A stretch of 60,253 nucleotides of DNA, the filler included. It is 4 parts of 4 records of this genome, joined end to end, with 100 filler letters (N's around TTAATTAATTAA, not from the genome) between each part and the next. Parts side by side here need not be neighbours in the genome. Positions count along the whole stretch, not along the records: positions 1 to 21,709 come from SRR2962707_2753; 3 more parts are not named here. One strand, written 5' to 3'. Of the stretch, positions 9,151 to 19,796 are shown in pieces; within the stretch, counting starts at the first letter, position 1; every line of letters starts with the position of its first letter. Made by a program: the position numbers and the translations under genes. A model generated the notes under the pieces. The model saw nothing but the letters and a program-made list of their open reading frames with translations. It was not told where the DNA came from and made no database searches.

Positions 9151-11469
9151 ATGCCCAAGGGCCCCAGACATCTGCCCACGCTCGACTACGTCTCGATCGT
9201 GGCGTCGCTCTACAAGGACAGACGCGCCATGCTTGTCGGCATGGCGGCTACGATTATTGGCGTCTTGATGGCGGCCATCAAGACCGACGCGCTGGTGCTT
9301 TACGTTGTTGCCCTGGCCTTCGTCGTTTCCACTGCGCTGCGCTATTACAATATGCTTGCGTTCGAAGAGAACCCGCCGGCGCCGGACGATCGCGCTGCCG
9401 CGCTGTTCTGGGAACGCAAGCAGATGATCCAGGGCACGGTCTCGGCGTCTATTTACGGCGGCTGGTGTTTTGTTTCGCTCGTTCTCGTTGATGATCCATT
9501 TGCCGAGCTGGTCGCCATTTCGGTGACGATTGCCGCTATGATCGGCATTGCGACGCGCAATTTCGGCATCGACAGGATCGTGGCCTCGCAGTCGCTGGCC
9601 ATTGCAATCCCGCTTGCGCTGGGGCTGGTTCTGGTCGGCGATGGCTATCATATGGCGCTTGCGGCGCTTCTCGTCCCGTTGGTGATAAGCTTCCGGTTCC
9701 TTGCCGCGGACGTGCGGGGTCTTTTGCTCTCGCAGGTCCATGAACGCACAGTGGCCTCGCGATTGGCCGTTCAGCTCGACACCGCGCTCGAAACCATGCA
9801 GCACGGGCTTTGCATGCTCGACGAGAACGGGGTGATCGCGCTGGCGAATGATCGTGCGCAGCAGACCTTTGCCGGCATTGCCGAAGGGGCATGGGTCGGG
9901 CGCTCGTTTTCGGACCTGCTCGAAGACGCCATCGGAAAGCGGGCGCTGCCCGAAACGACGGCGGACCGTCTCAACCGGATGATTATCCAGCAGACTGGCG
10001 GCAAGATCGTCATGAAGCTTTCGGGCGACTATCATTGTGAGGTCACCATCTCGTCGCGCGGCGACCGCACGGTGCTGCTGTTCGAAAACGTCACCGCCCG
10101 CATCCGGGCCCAGGAGCGCATCAATTTCATGGCGCGCTATGACGGGCTGACCGGGTTGCCCAATCGCGCCTATTTCACCGAACAGGTCGAGGCGGAACTG
10201 GCGTCGCGGGAGCGGGTTGGCCGGGACGAGCCCGTGCTTTTGGCCATCGTCGATATTGATGACTTCAAGCATGTCAACGACACGTTCGGGCATCTGGCGG
10301 GCGACAGGGTGCTGTCGGAAACCGCCGTACGCATACAATCGGTCATGAATCGGCACTCGCGGCTGGCCCGGCTGGGCGGCGACGAATTCGTCGTCTATCG
10401 CGCCCAGGACACCGATGGCGATGCAGTTCGCGCCGAGGCCGAGGCAATCCTTTCGGTGCTGCAGCGCCCGTTCGAGGTTGGTGGTGAGACGGTCGAACTG
10501 CGCGCTTCGATAGGCTTCGTCACGAATTTGGAACCCAAGACCGCCCTCGACGATCTGATAACCCGGGCCGATCTGGCGCTTTACAGCGCCAAGGCGCGCG
10601 GCAAGGGCCAGTATCAGGCCTTTGTCGAGGAAATGGACAGCGAGTTCCGCTATCGCCAACGTCTCAAGAGCGATCTTGCCATTGCGATTGCCGAGGATCA
10701 GCTCAAGCTCGTTTATCAACCGCTTGTCGATCGTGCGACCCGTAAGGTCGCCGGGTGCGAGGCGCTGACCCGCTGGACCCATCCCGAACTCGGCCCGATC
10801 CCGCCCGATGTGTTCATCGGTCTTGCCGAGGAGACCGGCCTGATTTCGCAGATGACCCGATGGGTGCTCAAGACGGCGACGTCCGAATGTGTCAACTGGC
10901 CCGCGCCGATTTCTGTCGCCGTCAACGTCTCGGCGCGCGATTTGCGCGGAGAGGAGCTGGCCATGCATGTATCCGAAGCGCTCAGGGCCAGCGGTCTGGC
11001 GGCCGGCCGGCTGGAGATCGAGGTGACCGAAACCGCGCTGATCGAGGACCGGGAAGGGGCGGCCGCACGGCTCGAGTCGCTGGCCGAGAAGGGCATCGGC
11101 ATCGCGCTCGACGATTTCGGCACCGGTTATTCCTCGCTCTCCTATCTGGACGGCATGCCGTTCTCGAAGCTCAAAATCGACCGTTCGTTTATCGCCGACA
11201 TCACCACCAGCGAGCGTTCACGCAAGTTGATGACCAATGTGGCCCGGCTTGGCCGGGATCTCGATCTTGTGCTGGTCGCGGAAGGCGTTGAAACCGAAGA
11301 CCAGCTCGAAATCATTGCTCGCGATACCGGGATCGACCAGATCCAGGGCTTCCTGTTCAGCATGCCCCTGCCAGCAATTGAAACGCGTGCGCTGATTGCC
11401 CGCATGAACCGATCGAGTGCCCGCCCGGCGCGTGGCAAAACGCGACGGCCGGCGCTGGTGGCCAAGTAG
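9151..11469 (+). CDS. Membrane-anchored PAS-GGDEF-EAL diguanylate cyclase/phosphodiesterase
   Basis: 5-6 TM N-terminus, PAS-like segment, DGLTGLPNR, RLGGDEF, EALTRW, EVTE, DDFGTGYSS, KIDRSF, EGVE. Start uncertain. Confidence 0.92.
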   Translation: MPKGPRHLPTLDYVSIVASLYKDRRAMLVGMAATIIGVLMAAIKTDALVLYVVALAFVVSTALRYYNMLAFEENPPAPDDRAAALFWERKQMIQGTVSASIYGGWCFVSLVLVDDPFAELVAISVTIAAMIGIATRNFGIDRIVASQSLAIAIPLALGLVLVGDGYHMALAALLVPLVISFRFLAADVRGLLLSQVHERTVASRLAVQLDTALETMQHGLCMLDENGVIALANDRAQQTFAGIAEGAWVGRSFSDLLEDAIGKRALPETTADRLNRMIIQQTGGKIVMKLSGDYHCEVTISSRGDRTVLLFENVTARIRAQERINFMARYDGLTGLPNRAYFTEQVEAELASRERVGRDEPVLLAIVDIDDFKHVNDTFGHLAGDRVLSETAVRIQSVMNRHSRLARLGGDEFVVYRAQDTDGDAVRAEAEAILSVLQRPFEVGGETVELRASIGFVTNLEPKTALDDLITRADLALYSAKARGKGQYQAFVEEMDSEFRYRQRLKSDLAIAIAEDQLKLVYQPLVDRATRKVAGCEALTRWTHPELGPIPPDVFIGLAEETGLISQMTRWVLKTATSECVNWPAPISVAVNVSARDLRGEELAMHVSEALRASGLAAGRLEIEVTETALIEDREGAAARLESLAEKGIGIALDDFGTGYSSLSYLDGMPFSKLKIDRSFIADITTSERSRKLMTNVARLGRDLDLVLVAEGVETEDQLEIIARDTGIDQIQGFLFSMPLPAIETRALIARMNRSSARPARGKTRRPALVAK

Positions 11470-11549
11470 CGTCAACCGTTCCGGCGTCTTTTTGGGCTTT
11501 TCCTCAGCGTCAAAATTTTACTAACATTGCTCCATTTCGGGGTGATGAA

Positions 11550-12314
11550 ATGGGTGATTCCGATATCGGAACGCAGGCCAGGACGTCGCGCTTTTCCACC
11601 AGCCTCATGGACATGCTCGAGCGGGTGGAATACCGTCGCGTCAGGCTCGATGAACAGTTCGATCCGGTTTACCGGCTGCGCTACGAGGCGTATCGGCGTG
11701 AAGACGGCATCGCTGTAAACGCCGAGCAGATCGCCCGCGACCATCTCGATTTCACTCCCAACGCTATGTGCCACGGGGTGTATATCGACGGGGTTCTGGT
11801 TTCTTCCATCCGCCTGCATTTCGCAACTGCCGAGCACCGGGATTCGCCGTGCATGCGCATGTATCCCGATCTGCTCAACGACATGCTCGCCGCAGGGCAA
11901 ACCTATATCGATCCCTCGCGCTTTGCCGCCGATCGTGAGGCAACGCTGGCCAGTCCCGCCCTGCCGTTTCTCACGCTGCGGATCGCGGCCATGGCGTGCG
12001 AATATTACGACGCCGATTATTGCCTCTCGGGGGTGCGCGACGAGCACGCCGCCTTTTACAAGCGGGTGTTCGGTTCACGGGAAATCGCCGGCTACAGCCA
12101 GTATCCGGGCATGACTTTCCCGGTCAAACTCTATGCCGCCGAAGTGTCGGACATCCGCAACCGCGTTGCCGACCGTTTCCCGTTCTTCATGTCGACCCCG
12201 GACGAGCGCGACAGGATGTTCGGACCCGACAGCGATGCCCGTTACCTCGGTCTCATCCAGCCCACGGCGCGACAGGCAGCCCTGGCCGAAGCGCGATTTG
12301 TGCCTGCCGAGTGA
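11550..12314 (+). CDS. FeeM-like N-acyl amino acid synthase / autoinducer-synthase-like GNAT-fold protein
   Basis: VYRLRYEAYRRE, D.LD, SSIRLH, DPSRFAAD, VRDEHAAFYKRVF pattern typical of FeeM/ExoAT acyltransferases. Confidence 0.75.
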   Translation: MGDSDIGTQARTSRFSTSLMDMLERVEYRRVRLDEQFDPVYRLRYEAYRREDGIAVNAEQIARDHLDFTPNAMCHGVYIDGVLVSSIRLHFATAEHRDSPCMRMYPDLLNDMLAAGQTYIDPSRFAADREATLASPALPFLTLRIAAMACEYYDADYCLSGVRDEHAAFYKRVFGSREIAGYSQYPGMTFPVKLYAAEVSDIRNRVADRFPFFMSTPDERDRMFGPDSDARYLGLIQPTARQAALAEARFVPAE

Positions 12315-12332
12315 GCCGCGGGGCTGGGCCGG

Positions 12333-12620
12333 TTACAGGGGGTCCTGGCGCCGGGCCAGCGTTTCGATGTCGCCCAGCCTGAGGTAGTGAAGCTCGCGAA
12401 CCAGCCGAAGGGTGGGCTTGGCGGCGAAAAGGATCGAGCCGATCAGAAAGAACCAGGTCGCGGCGGTCTGGCTCGCAGCCGAGAAAAACAAGACGCTGCC
12501 AATCACAAAGCAGGTCGCCGCCCCGAAATCGATGGCGGTGTACCAGACTTCATACAGTGCGTAGAGGTGGCGCCGCTCCATTGAACGGTCGCGGGCGTCA
12601 GGATCAAAAAAAAGCGCCAT
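12333..12620 (-). CDS. YrhK-family small membrane protein
   Basis: YE..YT.IDF.AA.CFVIGSVLFF...TWFFLIGSILFAAKP. Confidence 0.8.
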   Translation of the reverse strand: MALFFDPDARDRSMERRHLYALYEVWYTAIDFGAATCFVIGSVLFFSAASQTAATWFFLIGSILFAAKPTLRLVRELHYLRLGDIETLARRQDPL

Positions 12621-12694
12621 TATCGGTCTCCCATGCGGTTGGTGTGCAAGCGCAACTGTCACGGGGCGAATATGTTTCGAGAGACGGAAAAAGC

Positions 12695-12770
12695 TGGTGC
12701 CGCTTGCGTGACTCGAACACGCGACCTCCGCATTACGAATGCGATGCTCTACCAACTGAGCTAAAGCGGC
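12695..12770 (-). tRNA. tRNA-Thr(CGT)
   Basis: GCCGCTTTAGCTCAGTTGGTAGAGC-A-TCGCA-TT-CGT-AA-TGCGG-AGGTCGCGTGTTCGAGTCACGCAAGCGGCACCA; 76 nt, encoded CCA. Confidence 0.97.
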
Positions 12771-12859
12771 TTGGCCCGAAGGGGCAGATTGGCGTCTTTT
12801 ACTTTCGGTGCGCCAAACGCGCAAGGCCTGATGCGTTGCCAGGGCGCGCCTTTTTTTCC

Positions 12860-14233
12860 CTAGGGTTGTGTTGGTGTTGTGGCGCCCTCGATAGCTGGCA
12901 GGGCTGCGGCGGGTTCGGAGGCGGTGTTGGACAGCGTTTTTACGGGCGCGCGGGTCTGGACGGGAACCTTCCATTCGAAGGCGTCGAGCCGTCCGGTGAC
13001 CGGTGAGGCGGGAGCCCAGTCGTCTGAGGTTATCCCGTCCGCCGTCCAGGTCGGATCGGCGGGAGCCGTCACGGCGCGGGAGAGCCATTCGCGGGCCTTG
13101 CCCTGATCGCCCGATTGGCCCTCCTCGATTTCGGCCATCAAAAGGCACATCTGGCGGGTCGGGTTTTTGCCCAGAAAAGGCGCCAGCGCGTTGCGGGCCA
13201 CGCTCCACTCATAGGCGTCGATCGCCGCCCGGGCCATGACGATGGCGGCCATCGGGTGGCTGTCAGGGGCTTCGACCAGCGTGCGGGTACGCTTGAGGCG
13301 TTCGACCGCCGATGTGCCGGGTTTTACGTGGGCGTAGAGCGTTGCGGCATCGGGATGGAAACCGGCGCGCCATGTCCTGCGCAACAGCGCCGAAGCGCGT
13401 CTTGTGTCGCCACGGTTGATGAGGATGCGCGCGGCAACCAGCGCGGCGGGCACGAAATCGGGAATGGATTTGAGCGCCCGGTTGGCGTGTTCATAGGCCG
13501 TATCGGGTTCGGTCTCCTCGAGTGCCATGGCGAGCGCGGTTTCAAGCACACCCTGGCGACGCTTTTTGGCAGCTTTCTGGCTTTTGGCCCGGGCCGGCAA
13601 CGCGGCGCTCATCTCCAGCGCTTGCGCCCATGCGCCCTTGGTCGCCAGATCGTTGAACACGGCCTCCGACGCCCAATCGAGACTGGGCGAAATGGCCAAA
13701 GCCTTGCGTGCGAAGGTAATGGCCGCGTTGGCCCGATCCTGGGTTCTTGCCTGCTCGTAGAGCCCCGAAAGCGCGGCCAGCGCCGTGCGGTCGTTGGAAA
13801 TCAGGGCGCGGTAGTGCTCGCGGGCCGAAGAAAGATCACCCAGCGCAAGTTCGGCTCTTGCTTCGAGCAATTGGGCAGCAGGGTTTTCGGGCAGTTTGGC
13901 GCGGGCGTCGCGGGCCAGCATGCGGGCGCGGGAAAATTCTCCCGCCTGCAGGGCAATCATGCCATCCGAGAGCGCTTCCACTCCGGCCTTCTCCTTGCGC
14001 CGGGCATTGGAGCGGGCCAGGGCGGCGGGCGCGCCGATCAGGCGCCTGATGATGGCCCAGGCAAGGATCGAGGCGATGATGACACCGATGGCGATGAACA
14101 GGGCCAGCCCCAGTCCCGGGCTCATGCGCCAGGACCCGAAAGCGATCTCGACGGTGCCGGGCAGGGCGATCAGCCAGGCGGCGCCCAGCGCAACGAGCAG
14201 GCTCAGGACGAGATAGACGATAAGGCGGATCAT
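12860..14233 (-). CDS. hemY: HemY N-terminal/TPR family protein
   Basis: Two N-terminal TMs, helical repeats, C-terminal DPTWTADG..W.PASPVTGRLDAFEWK. Confidence 0.9.
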   Translation of the reverse strand: MIRLIVYLVLSLLVALGAAWLIALPGTVEIAFGSWRMSPGLGLALFIAIGVIIASILAWAIIRRLIGAPAALARSNARRKEKAGVEALSDGMIALQAGEFSRARMLARDARAKLPENPAAQLLEARAELALGDLSSAREHYRALISNDRTALAALSGLYEQARTQDRANAAITFARKALAISPSLDWASEAVFNDLATKGAWAQALEMSAALPARAKSQKAAKKRRQGVLETALAMALEETEPDTAYEHANRALKSIPDFVPAALVAARILINRGDTRRASALLRRTWRAGFHPDAATLYAHVKPGTSAVERLKRTRTLVEAPDSHPMAAIVMARAAIDAYEWSVARNALAPFLGKNPTRQMCLLMAEIEEGQSGDQGKAREWLSRAVTAPADPTWTADGITSDDWAPASPVTGRLDAFEWKVPVQTRAPVKTLSNTASEPAAALPAIEGATTPTQP

Positions 14234-15624
14234 TGGCTGGCCTCCGCGGGGGCGATACCGGACCGCGCCGCATCGAGCAACGCTTCAACCGCGATGGCCC
14301 GATCGAGCCCGCGGGCGAACTGGGGCGCCGCAGACTGCATGGGATCGGGCAGGGCGGAAAACGCCGCTCGCGCCGCGTCCAGCTCCCCGGCGTCCAACGC
14401 AGCCTCTGTCCGGCCGACCAGCGCTTGCGGCGTATCGCCGTCGGTAGGTCGCAGGGCAATGGCCGAGGCCGCCTGGTCGAGCAGCGTCTGCGCCCAACCT
14501 GCCTGTTCGTCACGCGGCCGTGCGGCAAGAATTTCAGGGATCGCGGCGCGCAATTGGGCCAAAAGTCCGCTGGCCGAGGCGACACCGGCATTGGCGGCGG
14601 TCCGAACCTGAGATGAAATTTCGAGATCGGGCAGCAGTGTTTCAACGCTTGCCAGTTGCGCTGCAAATGGCTGGCCCGATGCGATGGCCGTCTCAAGTGC
14701 GCCCAGTGCGGCGGGAAGCTGCGTGGCTCTGTCGCGTTCGGCGGCAACCGCTTCGAAGTCGGACTGGGTGGCGATGCGGGCGTCAAGATCGTCCAGCCGC
14801 GTCATTGCCGTTTCAAGCATTGGCTGTGTTTCGGCGATCTGCGGCTCGAGCGTATCGAGCCGGTTCGCCAGATCGCCGATCTGCGTCGAAAGGCTTGAAA
14901 GGTTGTCGGCGACCTCACTCACCTCATCGCCCGACGCGCCGGCGGCAATGGCTTCGATACGGCTCGAGAGCTCGCCGATCTGCGCACTCATGGTATCGAG
15001 ATCGGCTTGCGCCGCCAGCCCCTCGGTAGAAGCGGGCTCGATGCCGGCGATCTGGGCTTCAAGGCCATTGATGCGGTCGGCGATCTGTTCGCTTTCGGCT
15101 TCGCGGGATGCGATAGCGCTTTCCAGCCGGGTCGCGCGGGCGTCGAACTGCGACAGATCGGGCGCCTGGCCCGGCTGCTGCGGCCAATACCCGAAACTGG
15201 CGAGGCCATAAGCCAGCGCCAGCCCGACAAGGGCACCGGCCCCGGCGGTTGCCGCCAGCGGGACGAGGGGCAGCGCGGCGAGAGCGGAGGGCTGCTCGGC
15301 TTTTGGCGCTGCGTCAGCTTCCGAACCCGCCTTTGCGGCTGACGGTTTCGGCTTGTCATCCGATGCAGTGCCGGTGGCCCCTGACCCCGAAGTCGGTTTG
15401 GGGTCGGGCTTTGTGGCCTGTGCCGATTTGGGCGTCGCCTGGGCAGGTTCAGGCTTCTGGCTGGTCTTTGCCGTTTCGGCGGTCTTGCTCTCTGGCGCTG
15501 GCTTGTCCTTGTCGGATGGCCGCGCCGTTGCGTCGATGATCGGGCGTTTGACCGGACCGGTTTTCTTTTCGGCCATTTCAGCCTGCCTCTTTGCTTGGGG
15601 GTCGGGCGGGTTGGTTTTCGTCAT
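14230..15624 (-). CDS. COG4223 mitofilin/Mic60-like inner membrane protein
   Basis: Low-complexity N-terminus, one TM, coiled coil; conserved position between hemD and hemY. Confidence 0.8.
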   Translation of the reverse strand: MTKTNPPDPQAKRQAEMAEKKTGPVKRPIIDATARPSDKDKPAPESKTAETAKTSQKPEPAQATPKSAQATKPDPKPTSGSGATGTASDDKPKPSAAKAGSEADAAPKAEQPSALAALPLVPLAATAGAGALVGLALAYGLASFGYWPQQPGQAPDLSQFDARATRLESAIASREAESEQIADRINGLEAQIAGIEPASTEGLAAQADLDTMSAQIGELSSRIEAIAAGASGDEVSEVADNLSSLSTQIGDLANRLDTLEPQIAETQPMLETAMTRLDDLDARIATQSDFEAVAAERDRATQLPAALGALETAIASGQPFAAQLASVETLLPDLEISSQVRTAANAGVASASGLLAQLRAAIPEILAARPRDEQAGWAQTLLDQAASAIALRPTDGDTPQALVGRTEAALDAGELDAARAAFSALPDPMQSAAPQFARGLDRAIAVEALLDAARSGIAPAEASQ

Positions 15625-15630
15625 GGCCCA

Positions 15631-16374
15631 TCATGGACTGATTTGATCGCGGGCAAAAGCCAGCGCCAACGCCATCATCGCTTCGTGCGAGGGATAATCG
15701 GCCAGCCCGATGCGCAGGAAATGGTTTTCAATCAAGGGCTGCGCGACGTTCTCCGAAAGGCACAGACAATGGATGTTGGCCCGGAGGGGCCGGTAATCGC
15801 GGGACGCGATCAGCCCGGCAAAAATCTCGGCGGTACGGCGTGAATAAAATACGGCGCCGTCGATTTGCCCGGTCGCCAGTCGTTCGGTGAGACCGGGCGG
15901 CAGCATGGTGGCGGCGTGCATTTCATAGAGAACGCGCATGTCGACGACGAGCCCTGCCGCGGCCAAAAGGCCGGCCAGATCGCCCGATTGATGATGCGCG
16001 GCGGGATAGAGGATCTTGCCCGTGGGCCGGTCGGCGATGATGGCGCAGGACAGATCGGCAAGCGTGCCCTCGGTGGCCGAGACATGCTCGAACCCGGCGG
16101 CCCGCGCCTCGCTTGCCGTGTGGTCGCCCACTGCATAGACCCGCAGCGCTGCAAAGTTTTCACCTTCGGGATGGGCGGCCAGCGCCCGGACCCCATTGGC
16201 TGACGTCAGGGCGATGGTGGTAAAGCCCTCAGGGTCAGGCAGGCTGACGCCGGTGAATCGCTCTTCGAGCATCGGCACGACGACCGGGTCCAGCCCCAAG
16301 GCGGCCAGGCCTGCGGCGGTCCGCTCGGCATCGGCCCGCGGCCGTGTTACGAGGACGCTGCGCCGCTCAGCCAT
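15631..16374 (-). CDS. hemD: Uroporphyrinogen-III synthase
   Basis: VLVTRP, TSANGVRA, VYAVGDHTA, FYSRRTA. Confidence 0.92.
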   Translation of the reverse strand: MAERRSVLVTRPRADAERTAAGLAALGLDPVVVPMLEERFTGVSLPDPEGFTTIALTSANGVRALAAHPEGENFAALRVYAVGDHTASEARAAGFEHVSATEGTLADLSCAIIADRPTGKILYPAAHHQSGDLAGLLAAAGLVVDMRVLYEMHAATMLPPGLTERLATGQIDGAVFYSRRTAEIFAGLIASRDYRPLRANIHCLCLSENVAQPLIENHFLRIGLADYPSHEAMMALALAFARDQISP

Positions 16375-17323
16375 ACTGGCCCTGCCTGAGCCGTTCAATA
16401 AAATCGGGCCCGGCCTCGGCCAGCAGTTTTTCGCCAAGCCTTGTCCCCAGATCGATCCCCTGATCGGCGTCGCCCGAAATCTCGTTCTCGTAAACTTCCG
16501 ACCCGTCGGGCGAGAGAACCTGGCCCAACAGGGTAAGCTTTTCCCCATCGAGCGTCGTCAATGCGGCAATCGGGGTGCGGCACGAGCCGTCCAGCACCTT
16601 GAGAAAGGCCCGCTCGGCTTCGACCCGTGTGCGGGTCTCGGCATCATCGAGCACTTCGACCAGCCGGTTGGCGGCGCCGTCATCGGCGCGCGTCTCGATG
16701 ACGATTGCCCCCTGCGCCGGGGCTGGCGGGAAGTGCGCGACATCGAGCGTATGGGTCACGCGGTGCGCCTCGCCCAACCGGTTCAGCCCGGCCATGGCCA
16801 GAAGCGTCGCGTCGGCCACGCCATCGGCGAGCTTTTTCAACCGCGTCTGCACGTTGCCGCGAAATTCGACAGTGCGGAAATCGGGGCGGAATCGTTTCAT
16901 CTGGGCGCGGCGGCGCAGGGAAGACGAGCCGATGATGGCGCCCTCGGGCAAATGGTCGGGGCTCCTGGCGATCAGCGAGAGAAAAGCGTCGCGCACGTCC
17001 TCGCGCGGCAGATAGGCGGGCAGGGCAAACTGGGGATCTATTTCGGTCGCCACGTCCTTTGCCGAATGGACGGCGATGTCGATCTCGCCATTGGCCAGCG
17101 CCACTTCGATTTCCTTGGTGAACAGCCCCTTGCCGCCGACTTCGGAGAGCGGGCGGTCCAGGATGATGTCGCCGCTGGTCTTGATGACCTTGATCGCTAT
17201 GGCGTCAGGGTCCAGCCCGTTTATGGCAACCAGCCGGTTGCGGACCTCCTCGGCCTGCTTGACCGCAAGCGGCGAACCGCGCGTGCCGATGGTGAAAACG
17301 GGGGTGGACGTCAAAGATTGCAA
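16367..17323 (-). CDS. hemC: Hydroxymethylbilane synthase
   Basis: IGTRGSPLA, GGKGLFTKEIE, AVHSAKD, LDGSCRTPI; TTG start. Confidence 0.96.
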   Translation of the reverse strand: MQSLTSTPVFTIGTRGSPLAVKQAEEVRNRLVAINGLDPDAIAIKVIKTSGDIILDRPLSEVGGKGLFTKEIEVALANGEIDIAVHSAKDVATEIDPQFALPAYLPREDVRDAFLSLIARSPDHLPEGAIIGSSSLRRRAQMKRFRPDFRTVEFRGNVQTRLKKLADGVADATLLAMAGLNRLGEAHRVTHTLDVAHFPPAPAQGAIVIETRADDGAANRLVEVLDDAETRTRVEAERAFLKVLDGSCRTPIAALTTLDGEKLTLLGQVLSPDGSEVYENEISGDADQGIDLGTRLGEKLLAEAGPDFIERLRQGQYG

Positions 17324-17445
17324 TATGGCCTCGCAGGTGTCACAGATGAGCGCGCTTCAAACAGCAAATTTAACGCGCAAGGAGCGGGTTGCGATCCGCT
17401 TTTGCCATCAGATCACACGTTCTTGCCAGAGACCAGATCGCCGCA

Positions 17446-18507
17446 ATGGATCATAAAACTTTAGTTTTAGGGATCGAGACCAGCTGCGACGAAACCGCGG
17501 CGGCGTTGGTGCGCCGCCATGCCGACGGGCGCGGCGAGATTGTTTCCAACATCGTGCGCAGCCAGATCGACGAGCACAAGGCGTTCGGCGGCGTGGTGCC
17601 CGAACTGGCGGCCCGCGCCCATGTCGTCCATCTCGACGCGATCATTTCCCGCGCGCTCGCCGAGGCGCAGACCCGCCTCTCCGATGTCGATGCCATCGCC
17701 GCGACGGCCGGTCCGGGGCTGATCGGCGGGGTCCTTGTGGGGCTGACCACCGGCAAGGCGCTGGCTGCCGCGACGGGCAAGCCGCTGATCGCCGTCAATC
17801 ATCTCGAAGGACACGCGCTGACCGCCCGGCTCACCGACGCTGTCCAATTTCCCTATCTGATGCTGCTTGTCTCGGGCGGCCATTCCCAGATCGTTCTGGT
17901 CAGGGGCGTTGGCGATTACCAGCGCTGGGGTTCGACCATAGACGATGCGCTGGGCGAAGCGTTCGACAAGGCCGCAAAGCTTTTGGGGCTGGGCTATCCG
18001 GGTGGCCCGGAGGTCGAAAAGGCCGCGCAGAAGGGCAATGCCAAACGGTTTAGCCTGCCGCGTCCGCTGCTCAAGGAAAAGCGCCTCGATTTTTCCTTTT
18101 CGGGCCTCAAGACCGCCCTGCGGCTCGCTGCCGAATCGGTGGCCCCGGTCACCGAGACCGACATTGCCGACCTGTGCGCCAGTTTTCAGGCCGCCGTCAC
18201 CGACATCGTCGCTGTCCGGTCGGAACAAGCGCTCGAACGTTTCGCCGCCCAATATCCTGACGCAGCTCCCACCTATGTGGTGGCCGGTGGCGTTGCGGCC
18301 AATGCCGCGATCGGGGCCGCGCTCAGGGACGTTGCCGCTCAGACCGGCGCGCAATTGGTCATCCCGCCGCCTGCGCTGTGCACCGACAATGGCGCAATGA
18401 TCGCCTGGGCGGGGGCCGAGCGGTTCGCGCTGGGTCTCACCGACGGGTTCGACGCAGCAGCCCGCCCGCGCTGGCCGCTTGACGAACTGGGGCGGGGTGC
18501 GGCGTGA
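17446..18507 (+). CDS. tsaD: tRNA t6A threonylcarbamoyltransferase
   Basis: [37 protein letters not shown]. Confidence 0.97.
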   Translation: MDHKTLVLGIETSCDETAAALVRRHADGRGEIVSNIVRSQIDEHKAFGGVVPELAARAHVVHLDAIISRALAEAQTRLSDVDAIAATAGPGLIGGVLVGLTTGKALAAATGKPLIAVNHLEGHALTARLTDAVQFPYLMLLVSGGHSQIVLVRGVGDYQRWGSTIDDALGEAFDKAAKLLGLGYPGGPEVEKAAQKGNAKRFSLPRPLLKEKRLDFSFSGLKTALRLAAESVAPVTETDIADLCASFQAAVTDIVAVRSEQALERFAAQYPDAAPTYVVAGGVAANAAIGAALRDVAAQTGAQLVIPPPALCTDNGAMIAWAGAERFALGLTDGFDAAARPRWPLDELGRGAA

Positions 18508-19496
18508 GCGTAAAGATTTTCGTCATTGGCGCCGGTGCCTGGGGCACCGCCCTGGCGCAGGCCGCGCGGCTTGCGGGCAATGACGTGGTGCTGGTCGGGC
18601 GCGATCGCGCTTCGGTCGAACAGGTCAATTCCGCCCACACGCTGAAATCCTATCTCGGTGACATCGCTCTCGATCCCGGCCTTGTGGCCCAGACCGGTTT
18701 TGCCGGGCTCGAAACTGCCGATGCCATTCTCATGGTGGTCCCGGCCCAGGCCACGCGCGCCACGCTTGCCGCCATTGGCCCCGAGCCGCTTGCGGGCAAG
18801 CCGGTGATCCTGTGCGCCAAGGGGCTGGAGATGGCCACCAATGACCGCCAGAGCCAGATCCTTTTTGAACTGGCCCCGGACGCCGAACCTTTCGTCCTCT
18901 CGGGCCCGAGCTTTGCTCATGACGTGGCGGCGGGAAAGCCCACGGCCATTACGCTCGCCGGGCCGACCATCGAGCGCGCGGAGGCGATTGGGTCGCTTCT
19001 CGCCTCGGACAGTTTCCGCCCCTATGCCAGCGGTGATATCGTTGGCGTCGAGATGTGCGGTGCGCTCAAGAATGTTTATGCGCTGGGTGCCGGGGCTATC
19101 GAAGGCGCGGGGCTGGGCTTGTCGGCACGGTCGGCCTTTCTGGCTCGCGCCTATGCCGAACTGGGCCGGATGATCGCGGCAATGGGCGGCAGCGAGGCGA
19201 CACTGTCGGGCCTCGCGGGCATCGGTGATCTGGCCTTAAGCTGCACCTCGAGCCAATCGCGCAATTACCGTTTCGGCATGGCGCTGGGCCAGGGCGGCTC
19301 GGTCAAAGACATCGAAGCGTCGGGCATGGGGCTGGCCGAAGGGCTGTTTACCGCCCCGGTGGCCAAGGCGGTCGCCGAGCGCCAAGTGATCGACGCGCCG
19401 TTGGTCAGCGCGGTGGACCTTTTGATTTCGGGCCGGGCACGGATCGATGCCATCGTGCCCATGCTGATGAGACGACCACTTAAACGGGAACAATAA
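18504..19496 (+). CDS. gpsA: NAD(P)H-dependent glycerol-3-phosphate dehydrogenase
   Basis: [36 protein letters not shown]. Confidence 0.95.
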   Translation: MSVKIFVIGAGAWGTALAQAARLAGNDVVLVGRDRASVEQVNSAHTLKSYLGDIALDPGLVAQTGFAGLETADAILMVVPAQATRATLAAIGPEPLAGKPVILCAKGLEMATNDRQSQILFELAPDAEPFVLSGPSFAHDVAAGKPTAITLAGPTIERAEAIGSLLASDSFRPYASGDIVGVEMCGALKNVYALGAGAIEGAGLGLSARSAFLARAYAELGRMIAAMGGSEATLSGLAGIGDLALSCTSSQSRNYRFGMALGQGGSVKDIEASGMGLAEGLFTAPVAKAVAERQVIDAPLVSAVDLLISGRARIDAIVPMLMRRPLKREQ

Positions 19497-19498
19497 TT

Positions 19499-19795
19499 AT
19501 GACGATGATGTTTGCGGTGACGGCGATCGACAAGAAAGACCATCTGGAAACGCGCCTGGAGACCCGCCCTGCGCATTTGCAGTTTTGGGACGACAACGCG
19601 GCGTCCATGGTGCTGGCCGGCCCGTTTCTGGGCGAAGACGGCAAGGCGACGGGCTCGCTGATGATCGTTAGAGCCGAAGATCAGGCCGCCGCCGAAGCGC
19701 TTGTTGCCAGGGACCCCTATGCCGAGGCGGGGGTGTTCGAAAGCGTTGTCGTGCGCCCCTGGAACTGGGTCATCAACCGGCCGGAGAACATTTGA
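19499..19795 (+). CDS. YciI family protein
   Basis: RLETRPAHL, AGPFL, GSLMIV, DPYAEAGVF. Confidence 0.9.
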   Translation: MTMMFAVTAIDKKDHLETRLETRPAHLQFWDDNAASMVLAGPFLGEDGKATGSLMIVRAEDQAAAEALVARDPYAEAGVFESVVVRPWNWVINRPENI

Positions 19796-19796
19796 A

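Noticed and set aside
8947-10968. 673-aa minus-strand ORF
   Set aside because: Shadow of the GGDEF-EAL gene
11510-11525. TCAA-N7-CTAAC, CtrA-like site upstream of the FeeM-like gene
   Set aside because: Two mismatches to TTAA-N7-TTAAC in an AT-rich spacer; too weak without conservation data
12333-13208. 291-aa ORF spanning the tRNA; also the tRNA as an integration site
   Set aside because: Only the last 95 codons (YrhK) are credible. No integrase or duplicated tRNA 3' end is visible.
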